From positions 832,001-896,000 of the forward strand of contig OZ242274.1 of NCBI GenBank assembly GCA_965207375.1: 64,000 nucleotides of DNA, given 5' to 3'. Made by a program: the position numbers and the translations under genes. This DNA comes from Nitrosopumilaceae archaeon. GTDB lineage: Archaea > Thermoproteota > Nitrososphaeria > Nitrososphaerales > Nitrosopumilaceae. Within the stretch, counting starts at the first letter, position 1, and the number at the start of each line of letters is the position of its first letter. This document shows positions 49,735 to 59,655 of this stretch, in pieces. Below the pieces are notes generated by a model. It made no database searches, had not been told where the DNA came from, and saw nothing but the letters and a program-made list of their open reading frames with translations.

Positions 49735-52221
49735 ATGGTAAGAAGAGCAAAATCGGATAAATCAGTAAATCAATACACCCATTCAGAATCCAAAAGAACT
49801 AACAATCCCCCTGTAGGTTTAGTCACACCTGCAACAGATCCGGATCATCCAAAAAAGAGATATTCGTATGATCCTAGACTTGACCCACAACTTGTCTGGT
49901 CCGGCAAGCAGGAAAATACAGAGTTTGAGGTAGATACCGTATCACTGCATGTACATGAAAGAATCGATCCTCACACGATTCTTGAAAAGGCAATGAAGCC
50001 ACAACAATTCAAACAGGAAACAATGTTTGGCTATTTTGATTCACCAGAAAATAACCCACCATTACGTAATGCAATTGAATTTTACAAACACGATCAGAAT
50101 TGGTCAAATCGTCTCATTGCAGGTGATTCGTTGATTGTGATGAATTCGTTGTTAGAAAAAGAGGGCATGGAGGGAAAGGTACAGATGATATACATGGATC
50201 CACCGTATGGCATCAAGTATGGTTCTAACTTTCAGCCGTTTGTAAACAAGCGAGATGTGCAGGACGGTAAGGATGCAGATCTCACACAAGAACCCGAAAT
50301 GATAAAGGCATTTAGAGATACATGGGAATTAGGAATTCATTCATACTTATCTTATCTTAGAGATAGATTGATTCTGGCAAAACATCTTTTACAAGATTCC
50401 GGAAGTTGTTTGGTACAGATATCATTAGAAAACGTATCACGATTACGACTAATTATGGATGAAGTGTTTGGAACAGATAATTTTATCAGCATGATCACAG
50501 TAAAAAAAACTACATCATCTACTAGTAAAACCCTTGACTCTGTTGCAGATTATTTACTTTGGTATGCCAAAGATTTTAACAAAATTAAATATTATAATTT
50601 GTTCCAAAAAAAAGAATTCTCAATAAACAATTTTGGATATAAACATCTAGAACTTCCTGATGGCACGCGACGTTCTATGAATCAACAAGAGATTGTTAAC
50701 CCACATGCTATTCCAAATGGTTCAAAGATTTTCATGTATGGTGATTTAACATCTGCTGGTGGAAACGGTAATGTAAAATTTGAATTCGATGGTGAATCTT
50801 TTTTTCCAAGACAAGGCCATTGGAAAGTGTCCACAAATGGTCTTCAAGAATTATCTTCAAAAAGAAGAATAGGCAGACATGGTAAGGGAATAGGCTACAT
50901 ACGATATTTTGATGATTTTCCATACGTACATTTAGACAACATTTGGACAGATGCAACTAGTGGATTTTTGAAAAAAACATACGTAGTTCAAACTAATAGT
51001 AAAATAATTGAACGAGTTATGCTTATGACTACAGAACCGGGAGATCTGGTACTAGATCCCACATGTGGTTCTGGTACAACTGCATATGTAGCAGAAAAAT
51101 GGGGAAGACGATGGATAACATGTGATACCTCAAGAATTGCGATTGCGTTGAGCAAACAAAGATTAATGACCTCGTATTTTGAATATTTCCAATTATTTAA
51201 TCCAGATGAGGGAATATCATCTGGTTTCGAATATGAAACAGTTCCTCATGTCACTTTAGGTTCTCTTGCTAATAACGAAAAGCCTACAATTGAAACTCTC
51301 TATGACAAACCAAGAACAGACAAAACAAAGACTAGAATCACTGGACCGTTTACTGTAGAGACAGTTCCTGCACCAACAATAAAATCAATAGATGTGTTAT
51401 CTGACGAACTAGAAAAATTGATTACAAGTAGCACTGAAATCTCACATCAACAACAATGGCGTGACGAGTTACTCAAAACCGGAATTCGTGGTAAAGGAGG
51501 TCAAAAGATAGAGTTCAGCATGGCAGAATCACATCCAGCTACAAAGTGGATACATGCAGATGCCGAAACAAAAGAAGATTCTCCAAAGCGTGCAATGATA
51601 TCTTTTGGTCCTGAACATGCACCATTGGAACAACGACAGGTAGCACTTGCAATAGAGGAAGCTCAAACGCTTGTGCCAAAACCAAAAATCATAATATTTG
51701 CTGCAATGCAATTTGATCCTGAAGCTGCCAAAGATATCGATGAACTAAATTGGCCAGATACTACTGTACTCAAGGTAGAGATGAACAAGGATCTGCTAAC
51801 AGAAGATCTAAAAAAGAAACGCTCAAGTAACGAGTCTTTCTGGCTTGTGGGACAACCTGATGTGGAATTGCAAAAAGCAGATGACAAATTCATCATTACA
51901 GTAAATGGCTTTGATTATTACAATACAAGAACAGGTGAGGTAGAATCAGGAGGATCTTCCAACATTGCAATGTGGATGCTAGATGCAGATTATGACGGCA
52001 GAAGCCTTTATCCACAGCAAATATTTTTCCCAATGGAAGGAAAGTCAGGTGGATGGAGCAAACTTGCAAAAACTTTACAGTCTCAAATTGACGAGGAACT
52101 AATTGAAAAATATCAAGGAACAGAATCCATTCCATTTGAAGCAGGACACAACAAAAGGGTAGCAGTAAAAATAATTGACGATAGAGGAATCGAGTCATTA
52201 AAAATTATAGATCTTGAGTAA
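49735..52221 (+). CDS. Type III R-M methyltransferase (Mod, beta class)
   Basis: NRLIAGDSL, IYMDPPYG, then a variable AT-rich TRD, VLDPTCGSGTT and C-terminal AVKIIDDRG. Confidence 0.92.
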   Translation: MVRRAKSDKSVNQYTHSESKRTNNPPVGLVTPATDPDHPKKRYSYDPRLDPQLVWSGKQENTEFEVDTVSLHVHERIDPHTILEKAMKPQQFKQETMFGYFDSPENNPPLRNAIEFYKHDQNWSNRLIAGDSLIVMNSLLEKEGMEGKVQMIYMDPPYGIKYGSNFQPFVNKRDVQDGKDADLTQEPEMIKAFRDTWELGIHSYLSYLRDRLILAKHLLQDSGSCLVQISLENVSRLRLIMDEVFGTDNFISMITVKKTTSSTSKTLDSVADYLLWYAKDFNKIKYYNLFQKKEFSINNFGYKHLELPDGTRRSMNQQEIVNPHAIPNGSKIFMYGDLTSAGGNGNVKFEFDGESFFPRQGHWKVSTNGLQELSSKRRIGRHGKGIGYIRYFDDFPYVHLDNIWTDATSGFLKKTYVVQTNSKIIERVMLMTTEPGDLVLDPTCGSGTTAYVAEKWGRRWITCDTSRIAIALSKQRLMTSYFEYFQLFNPDEGISSGFEYETVPHVTLGSLANNEKPTIETLYDKPRTDKTKTRITGPFTVETVPAPTIKSIDVLSDELEKLITSSTEISHQQQWRDELLKTGIRGKGGQKIEFSMAESHPATKWIHADAETKEDSPKRAMISFGPEHAPLEQRQVALAIEEAQTLVPKPKIIIFAAMQFDPEAAKDIDELNWPDTTVLKVEMNKDLLTEDLKKKRSSNESFWLVGQPDVELQKADDKFIITVNGFDYYNTRTGEVESGGSSNIAMWMLDADYDGRSLYPQQIFFPMEGKSGGWSKLAKTLQSQIDEELIEKYQGTESIPFEAGHNKRVAVKIIDDRGIESLKIIDLE

Positions 52222-55078
52222 AATGGAAGGAATCAAGAATCTCATAATTTGTAATCCATATGATGTTCCCTCCAAGCACTGGAGGTACGACCGCACAAAA
52301 AGAAAATTTGATCTTGTCTCTGGAAGAAGGTCTGCAGGATTCCTTGTTGCTTCCCCAGACAGCAAATCGTTTGATGATCCTGGAATATTCAAAGAACTAG
52401 AACTTGTAAACCGCATACGGGACAGGGTGGATGAGTGGAGAAAAAATGACTATCCAAATGTAACTGGAATCACACGAAATCTGTTGCAGTTTTGGCATGA
52501 TAAAACTAAGAGGGAATATCCATTCTTCTTTTGTCAGTTGGAGGCAATAGAGACACTAATCTGGCTTGTCGAAGCTGCAGATTCTGAAAAGCAGAGAATA
52601 GATATTCCGACAGATGGAGGACTGTTTCAGAGACTATGTTGTAAAATGGCAACAGGCTCAGGCAAGACCATAGTCATGGCAATGTTGATTGCATGGCAGA
52701 TAATCAACAAGGTTACCTATAGGCAGGATTCTAGGTTTTCAAAAAACATACTGGTAATGGCACCAGGTCTTACCGTAAAGTCAAGACTACAGGTATTGTT
52801 TCCAACCAATAATGATAATTTTTACGACATGTTTAGTATAGTTCCTGAATCATTTTATGAAAAATTACTCCAAGGCAAGTTTTCCATACACAACTGGCAC
52901 ACCTTGATGCCAGAAATTGATGCTCCAAGAAGCGTTGTAAAGCTTGGAGCAGAAAGTAACGGAGTATTTTCAAAAAGAGTCTTGGGACATGATTTCAAAA
53001 ATATTATCGTCATAAACGATGAGGCACATCATGCATATCGTGCAGATGCTGAGCAGACAAAAAATATCTCAAAGAAGGAGCTTGAGCGAGACAAGAGATG
53101 GATTGAGGGATTAGACAAGATACATGATGCAAGAAACATAGTAAAATGCTTTGATTTCTCGGCAACTCCGTTTATTCCCTCTGGAAAAAACGTCTCAGAA
53201 GACACATTGTTTGGATGGATAATATCAGACTTTTCACTAAATGATGCAATAGAGTCAGGTCTTACAAAGACTCCAAGAATTGCAATAAGAGATGACAGCA
53301 ACAGATTCTCCAAAGAGTATCGTTCTAGGTTTTATCATATTTACAAAGACGACGAAGTAAAGCCTGATCTCAACCGGAATGCAAAGCCACATGAAAAACT
53401 GCCAGATTTGATATCTAATGCATATCTTCTTTTGGGCCAGGATTGGCTTGCAACAAAGAAATTATGGGACAAGCAGGGCTCTAAGATTCCTCCTGTAATG
53501 ATAACAGTATGCAACAAGACAGAAACTGCTGCAAGGGTAATGTATTCATTTGAAAATAAAAGATTCGATATATCGGAGCTGTCAATTCCGGAATATCTGC
53601 TGCATATTGATTCTACTACGATGAACAAGGCCGAAGAAAAAGAGACAGCAACAAGCAAGTCAAACAGTACAGAGGAAATTCTTAGAGGTAAAGTCGATAC
53701 AGTAGGAAAACTAGGAAATCCTGGAGAGCAGATACGAAACATCGTTGCAGTACAAATGCTATCAGAAGGGTGGGATGCTAGAAACGTAACTCATATCCTG
53801 GGCCTGAGGGCGTTTTCAAGTCAGCTGCTCTGCGAGCAGGTTGTTGGAAGAGGATTGCGCAGAACTTCATATGACATTAATCCAGAAACTAGTCTGTTTT
53901 CTCCAGAATATGTCAATGTATTTGGAGTTCCGTTCACATTTTTGCCTCATGAGGGAGGTGACGGTACTCCTCCATTTCCAACCGATTCAGTTACAGTTAT
54001 CCAAGCCGATTCAGAAAAGATTCAGCATAGGATCTCTTGGCCCAACATTGAGAGAATCGACGTTGACTTTACCACAAATCTTTCAATAGACTGGAACAAT
54101 GTCAATCCGCTTGAATTACGTAGTAATGGTATCAGCACCACTGTTGGAATGGCAGACGTCATTGCAGGCAAGCCAAAGGTAGATCAGATGTCAGACATTG
54201 ATCTGTATGAACTAAACAAGGAAATAAGACTACAGCGAATAATTTTTTTGGCTGCCAAGGACGTCTATACTGTCATGTCTCCAAGCTGGAAGGGAGGCAA
54301 AGAATTTCTTTTGGCACAGATTGTCAAGCTTGTTGAACAGTTCATACATTCAGACAAGATCAATGTAACTGATGTATCTGATGACAATCTAAGAACGAGG
54401 ATGACTATTTTATTTAACATGCAAAAAATAGTATCTCATGTCTGCAAAAGTATAACAGATTCCAATATGGAAAGCAGGCACATAACCCTTCATTCTACAA
54501 AACCAATAAAATCTACATCTGACATGCGTCCATGGAACACAAAGAAACCCGCAGAGTACACCATAAAATCTCACATCAATCTAGCCGTATATGATTCAAA
54601 ATGGGAGATGGGTGCAGGACAGGAACTAGAGAGAAACAAAAACGTAGTATCATGGGTCAGAAACGATCACATTGGATTTGTCATAAAGTATCTGTACAAC
54701 GGAATCATACACGACTATTATCCTGATTTTTTAATCCAGCTCAAAAACAACGTCACTTTGGTCTTGGAGATAAAGGGAAAAGACGACAACCAGAATAAAG
54801 AAAAGCGCAGATATCTAGCAGATTGGATTGATGTCGTAAATGAGGATGGCAGCTACGGCACATGGACATGGGATGTAGCGTTTGATCCTACAGATGTAAG
54901 AGGCATAATTGCAACACATGTAAAGACTGACGTATCTGCAAGACAGCATGCAAAATGTCCCAAATGTGGCAAGACAGCTGCATCACGGCTCCAAACAGAC
55001 AAGGAGTTTGGATTTAGAAACGTGGATGGAATAGTTAGGCCGCAGTCATGGTGCAGAACTTGCAGAGTGAAAAAATAA
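52214..55078 (+). CDS. Type III restriction subunit (Res): SF2 helicase, nuclease and C-terminal Zn ribbon
   Basis: KMATGSGKT, NDEAHH, FSATP, MLSEGWD, EQVVGRGLR and YYPDF...LEIKG. CPKC...CRTC tail. Confidence 0.92.
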   Translation: MSKMEGIKNLIICNPYDVPSKHWRYDRTKRKFDLVSGRRSAGFLVASPDSKSFDDPGIFKELELVNRIRDRVDEWRKNDYPNVTGITRNLLQFWHDKTKREYPFFFCQLEAIETLIWLVEAADSEKQRIDIPTDGGLFQRLCCKMATGSGKTIVMAMLIAWQIINKVTYRQDSRFSKNILVMAPGLTVKSRLQVLFPTNNDNFYDMFSIVPESFYEKLLQGKFSIHNWHTLMPEIDAPRSVVKLGAESNGVFSKRVLGHDFKNIIVINDEAHHAYRADAEQTKNISKKELERDKRWIEGLDKIHDARNIVKCFDFSATPFIPSGKNVSEDTLFGWIISDFSLNDAIESGLTKTPRIAIRDDSNRFSKEYRSRFYHIYKDDEVKPDLNRNAKPHEKLPDLISNAYLLLGQDWLATKKLWDKQGSKIPPVMITVCNKTETAARVMYSFENKRFDISELSIPEYLLHIDSTTMNKAEEKETATSKSNSTEEILRGKVDTVGKLGNPGEQIRNIVAVQMLSEGWDARNVTHILGLRAFSSQLLCEQVVGRGLRRTSYDINPETSLFSPEYVNVFGVPFTFLPHEGGDGTPPFPTDSVTVIQADSEKIQHRISWPNIERIDVDFTTNLSIDWNNVNPLELRSNGISTTVGMADVIAGKPKVDQMSDIDLYELNKEIRLQRIIFLAAKDVYTVMSPSWKGGKEFLLAQIVKLVEQFIHSDKINVTDVSDDNLRTRMTILFNMQKIVSHVCKSITDSNMESRHITLHSTKPIKSTSDMRPWNTKKPAEYTIKSHINLAVYDSKWEMGAGQELERNKNVVSWVRNDHIGFVIKYLYNGIIHDYYPDFLIQLKNNVTLVLEIKGKDDNQNKEKRRYLADWIDVVNEDGSYGTWTWDVAFDPTDVRGIIATHVKTDVSARQHAKCPKCGKTAASRLQTDKEFGFRNVDGIVRPQSWCRTCRVKK

Positions 55079-55206
55079 TTTGCAACATGCTTTGACGTGC
55101 GTAAAAAACTCCAAATCTGTGATTTTTACATCCGGTTTAGGCATCATATCATAAACTCGTTATATTACTACAAAATGAGTGATTATCTCTTGTAATAACT
55201 AATAAT

Positions 55207-55683
55207 TCAATCTAATTCTTTGATTTTTAAAAGTGATCTATTGTTGTCATTTGAAAGTGTCTCTATTTCCAAACACGTTGTCATGATTTTTCTCTCGAGT
55301 AAAATGCAGAGTCTAAGTTTAAAACTTTTTGAAACATAGGTTTCCTCATCAATCATTCCTTCCTCTCTCATGATGTCTAACCATCTTTCTGTTCCCTTGA
55401 AATTAAGCATTTGGAAAATCTTTCGCGCCTTCAAATCATCTGATACGATACAATCACTTTCTCCTCCGGCATCTTGCATAAATGCTATAGCTTCACATTC
55501 TCCTTTGTGGAGTTGTGGGTATTCATTTAGGATTTGTTCCGCCCTTAATTGATTAATTTTTACAATCGTCACTGTCTTTTCCTCAGCTAAATCTTGTAGA
55601 ATTTCTTTTCCTGGAGATTTTTTAATCTCATTGGCAACTCCTGGAATAATTATCTTGTAATGTTTTGACAGCTCAACAATACC
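55207..55683 (-). pseudogene. PIN-domain (DUF3368-like) gene lacking its N-terminus
   Basis: Open frame from 55683: IIIPGVANEI...LHKGECEAIA...IVSDDLKARK...GT. First catalytic Asp region absent. Confidence 0.65.
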
Positions 55684-55980
55684 TTATTCAAAATCTATCG
55701 TGAATTTTTCTTTTGGTAATACTGGAGGTTTCTCACCTGCTTGTTTTAGCTTTCTTATCTTGCTGTGTACCTGTTGATAGTTTAACCCAATTACTCTTTC
55801 TATTCTTTGCTGATATTCCTCAAACATCCATAGTATGCCATCTATATGTTTTTTTGTAGATGCCTCTCTGTCAGTTTGTGGAGGCGTAAGAGTTTTTTGT
55901 AGAAATTTTAGTGATTTGGTAATTTCATGCATGTGAAGTACAAATGATTCTTTTTGTGTCAAATCGTTCATATACATCAC
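55684..55980 (-). CDS. Small hypothetical protein downstream of a secreted orphan
   Basis: 98-aa helical ORF 30 nt after the upstream stop. Confidence 0.5.
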   Translation of the reverse strand: MMYMNDLTQKESFVLHMHEITKSLKFLQKTLTPPQTDREASTKKHIDGILWMFEEYQQRIERVIGLNYQQVHSKIRKLKQAGEKPPVLPKEKFTIDFE

Positions 55981-56010
55981 TTGTTATCTTTGTAAATAAA
56001 AAAGGGGAGT

Positions 56011-56704
56011 TTATACCCTATACAGTCCTCTCCAATCCTCATTGCCTGAATTGTCAGATCCCATCAATGGTTCGTATGTGGTTTGAACAGACCAACTTAG
56101 AAGATTTCCGCTATCAATTCCACAATTGCATGTTTGTATGATGTTTCCAGATTGTTGATTGTCAGTCTTCATTGTACAGGATAATCCCTTTGAATTGTTT
56201 CTGACTAAGTCAATTTCTTTAAAATAGACGTTCTCACAATTTGGCCAAAACCAACCCGTACTTTTCGCATCTGGTATGCCCCAATCCCAACTTATGGTGT
56301 CCGTATCTGTATTGATTTTTCCGGTAACCTTTTCTGATGCAGAAACGATTGTCGAATTATCACATGCCTTGTGATAATCATTTACCTCTATTTGTAAACC
56401 TGTAAATGTTCTTGTAGTAATTCGATCACTTGGAGCATATTCTGTTTCCTGTTGTGCAAGTTGGAAAACCTTCAATTCTATTTTGTTTTTTTCTATTTTG
56501 GTAATTTTTGCAAGAATAGATTCTTGTTTTTCTTTAGATTCTGTTGTATTATCAGTTTTGAGTTGTTGACGTTTAATCAAGTTGTACTTTGTAACAAGCA
56601 TATCTATCTCATCACTGATATTGTACTGTTTTTCTGCTAGTGCATAGTCCATCATTGAAAATGGAAGAATTATTGTTGCAATCAATATTGTTTTTATTTT
56701 TCAT
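56011..56704 (-). pseudogene. Secreted Cys/Trp-containing orphan protein with a +1 frameshift in the first codons
   Basis: In ATGAAAAATAAAAACAATATTG, removing one A gives the signal peptide MKIKTILIATIILPFSMMDYALAE in frame with the 224-aa ORF. Confidence 0.65.
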
Positions 56705-56726
56705 GTTCTTGCATACTCTACAACTC

Positions 56727-56760
56727 TTATATTAAAATTGATATTGACTTGCGGTATGCC
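56727..56760 (-). promoter_or_regulatory. TATA box with conserved upstream motif GGCATACCGCAA (site 3)
   Basis: TATA 56727-56734, 14-nt spacer, motif 56749-56760. Confidence 0.7.
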
Positions 56761-56887
56761 TTTTAGGTACAAAAAGCCATTACTTTTTGTACTAGTTTCT
56801 AGATATGTGATTTTTAGCAAAAGGCATCAAATTGCCATGATAAAACCCAATTTGACATTTGATCCCTTGTATTGTGTAATCTCAGAT

Positions 56888-58134
56888 CAGCTAAGCGAAA
56901 TGTGGGCAAAATAGGCCAAAATCCACCAAAAATGCAAACAGATCAATAGGGGCGGCTCCAGATGATTTTCAGTGACTAAACAAAAAACCAAACAGAGCCG
57001 TGAACTATTAAACAATCCACGATTATATCAAGATGCCGCATCTGGTGCCAAAAACATGCTTGCATGCACTACTTGGTCAGTAAGTGACAATACGATATAT
57101 GGAGTTGATGATCTCAGCACCGGAATGTTGAGGGCTGCCATTATGGACTCCTCCGTAGGAGGATGTGCAAATGCAGTAAAACAAAAAAACAGCAACACGC
57201 CATCTGACCGGTGGTATGCATCTGCAATCAAGGGTATATCAGAGGAATCAGTACAGGACGTTTTCCAATTACAGATAGCAAGACAGGTTAAGATTCTCAA
57301 AAAAATGGGAAAGATTCCAAAGAAGGGGATTACAGTTGCAATGGACCTACACCTCATATGCCGTTATGACAGGACACACGGAGAGGAGCTGACTCGTTCC
57401 AAATACAAAAACGGCACAACATACTTTGAGCGTTACATGACGGTTCACTGTGTGGATGATACAATGAGAGTCGTTCTAGCTGCAATACATCTCAAAATGC
57501 TTGATTCCGTGCCTAAATCGGTGAATTTCTTACTCAAAACACTGTCGGATTTGGGAGTAAAAGTTCGTCTGGCATTATGTGATCGTGAGTTTTTCTCAGT
57601 AGATACAATGCAGATGCTGATTCAAAACGACGTATCCTTTTTGATACCTTGCAGGAATACACCAAATGTAAAATCTGCACTAGACGAGTATAGTCGTAAA
57701 AAACGCGATGTAACATCAGAGTGCACACTACAAAACGACTGTCATTCTGTACCGTATACAATGATAGTAGAAAGAAGAAAGGGATCAAAGGATACTGATG
57801 TTGCCGAGGAAAAATACATTGGCTTTGCAACCAACTGTAATACTGTAGACGTTACAGAATATGCAAGTAGGTGGGGGATAGAATCAGGATACGGTAAGAT
57901 AGAAGAATGCAGGGCCAAGACACGAATCAAGGATAATGTATCAAGAATGCTGTGTTTTTATTATTCGCTGATACTGTACAACGAGTGGATAATTATCAGG
58001 GCTATTCTTTGTGATGATACCGCAAGTCAGAGTATTATGACAATGTTAGTTTTCAAAGTACAAATGGATTTTGAGGCAATACGTCAGTCCAAGCCGCCGC
58101 CAGGGTAGGATTTGGGCCACATTTCGCTTAGCTG
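56888..58134 (+). mobile_element. ISH3-like element, 1247 bp
   Basis: Perfect 18-bp TIR cagctaagcgaaatgtgg. 5-bp TSD cagat at 56883-56887 and 58135-58139. Confidence 0.92.
56972..58108 (+). CDS. ISH3/IS4-like DDE transposase
   Basis: VAMDLH, KNGTTYF..Y, LCDREFFS and YASRWGIESGY motifs. Confidence 0.88.
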   Translation: MTKQKTKQSRELLNNPRLYQDAASGAKNMLACTTWSVSDNTIYGVDDLSTGMLRAAIMDSSVGGCANAVKQKNSNTPSDRWYASAIKGISEESVQDVFQLQIARQVKILKKMGKIPKKGITVAMDLHLICRYDRTHGEELTRSKYKNGTTYFERYMTVHCVDDTMRVVLAAIHLKMLDSVPKSVNFLLKTLSDLGVKVRLALCDREFFSVDTMQMLIQNDVSFLIPCRNTPNVKSALDEYSRKKRDVTSECTLQNDCHSVPYTMIVERRKGSKDTDVAEEKYIGFATNCNTVDVTEYASRWGIESGYGKIEECRAKTRIKDNVSRMLCFYYSLILYNEWIIIRAILCDDTASQSIMTMLVFKVQMDFEAIRQSKPPPG

Positions 58135-58149
58135 CAGATGAGGCCAAAC

Positions 58150-59412
58150 CTAAATCACATCCTTTTTGACATACTCTCGCAGCACCTTTGGAATTTCTAT
58201 GTGGCCGTCCTTTGTCTGAAAGTTCTCCATAATTGACACCAAAACCCGCGTGGTTGCAACAAGCGTGCTGTTTAGCGTATGTATGTATCTGGTATTCTCA
58301 TTTGTATTGTCCCTGAATCGAATCTTTAACCTCCTTGCCTGATAATCCCAGCAGTTAGAACATGATACAATTTCCCTGTAAGAGTTCTGGCCTGCCATCC
58401 ATGCCTCAATATCCCAAGTCTTTGCAGAGACCTTTCCGATATCTGCACTAGACAATAACATGACCCTGTAGGGAATCTCCAAATTCTGATAAAACTGCTC
58501 TGCTGCCTCTAGCATCATTTCGTGCTCCTTTTGCGAATCTTCTGGCCTTGCAAATACGAACTGTTCTATCTTTTCAAACTGGTGTACCCTGAAAATTCCC
58601 TTTTGATCCCGTCCGTGTGCTCCTGCCTCCTTTCTAAAGCACGGGCTGACTCCTGCATATTTTATTGGCAGAGCAGCACCATCAATTATCTCATCAGCAT
58701 GCATGGCAGCCATCGCATGCTCTGAGGTTCCAATCAAAAACAGGTCCTCATCTTGTACCTTGTATATGACCTCTTCAAAATCCTCCGCAATTACTGCGCC
58801 CTCCATGGCCGCACGATTGATCATGTATGGGGGCTGTACCAAAGAGTACCTGCGCCCTGCTAGAAAATCAAGCGCATACTGTATCAGGGCATGATTTAGT
58901 TTGACCAAATCATCTCTCAAATAATAGAACCTAGCACCTGAAACCTTGGCTGCCCTTTTAAGATCCACTAAATTAAGCCTCTCTGACAAATCTATGTGGT
59001 CTTTTATTTGAAAATCAAACTGTGGTATATTTCCCCATTTTCTAACCTCCATATTAGCAGACTCATCTGATCCGATGGGAATCGTATCATCAATTAGATT
59101 CGGTATGGCAAATGCCAACTTTTCATATCTTGATTTTGTGTCTTCTTGTTGTATCTCTAATTTTTCTAGTTCTGATGAAAGCGTTTTTAGCTCGCTTATT
59201 ATGTTGTCTGCATCTTGGCCTGCCTTTTTTTTATCTGCAATTTGCAGTGCTATTTTATTTTTTTCAGTCCTTATCTCATCTGTTTTTATTATCATCTCCA
59301 ATCTTTGATTATTGGCAGAAATCAAGCCGTCCAAGTCAAAATCAACTGTCCTGTCTTTTAGCATTTTACGAATCTTATCTGGATTCTCTTTGAGAATTTT
59401 AGGATCAAGCAT
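58150..59412 (-). CDS. serS: Serine--tRNA ligase
   Basis: GTSEH, CFRKEAG, FRVHQFEKIE, EIVSCSNC and HTLNST motifs. Confidence 0.97.
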   Translation of the reverse strand: MLDPKILKENPDKIRKMLKDRTVDFDLDGLISANNQRLEMIIKTDEIRTEKNKIALQIADKKKAGQDADNIISELKTLSSELEKLEIQQEDTKSRYEKLAFAIPNLIDDTIPIGSDESANMEVRKWGNIPQFDFQIKDHIDLSERLNLVDLKRAAKVSGARFYYLRDDLVKLNHALIQYALDFLAGRRYSLVQPPYMINRAAMEGAVIAEDFEEVIYKVQDEDLFLIGTSEHAMAAMHADEIIDGAALPIKYAGVSPCFRKEAGAHGRDQKGIFRVHQFEKIEQFVFARPEDSQKEHEMMLEAAEQFYQNLEIPYRVMLLSSADIGKVSAKTWDIEAWMAGQNSYREIVSCSNCWDYQARRLKIRFRDNTNENTRYIHTLNSTLVATTRVLVSIMENFQTKDGHIEIPKVLREYVKKDVI

Positions 59413-59655
59413 TTATTCTATCACCTTTAGAGCCACCTGAATGTGCTCCATTACTTCATCTACTGTGCCTATCAATTTTCTCATATCTCCTTGACTCTTA
59501 AACTCAAAAACAAGCTTGTTATCAACATTTTTCATTTCAAGACTCAAATTTTTTGGAAAATTTACATTGTCTGGCTCTAGTGCCTTTCTGACGGCTTTTG
59601 CCTTTTGCTTGGGCACGTCATTTAGTGTTATTTGGACCTGGCATTTTAACGACAT
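59413..59655 (-). CDS. pcc1: KEOPS complex subunit Pcc1
   Basis: 80 aa with ALEPDN, in the conserved rps15-DHH-pcc1 order. Confidence 0.75.
   Translation of the reverse strand: MSLKCQVQITLNDVPKQKAKAVRKALEPDNVNFPKNLSLEMKNVDNKLVFEFKSQGDMRKLIGTVDEVMEHIQVALKVIE

Noticed and set aside
49735-52221. Phase-variable simple repeats in the type III mod gene
   Set aside because: No tandem tract is seen, only short A-runs, and the frame is intact.
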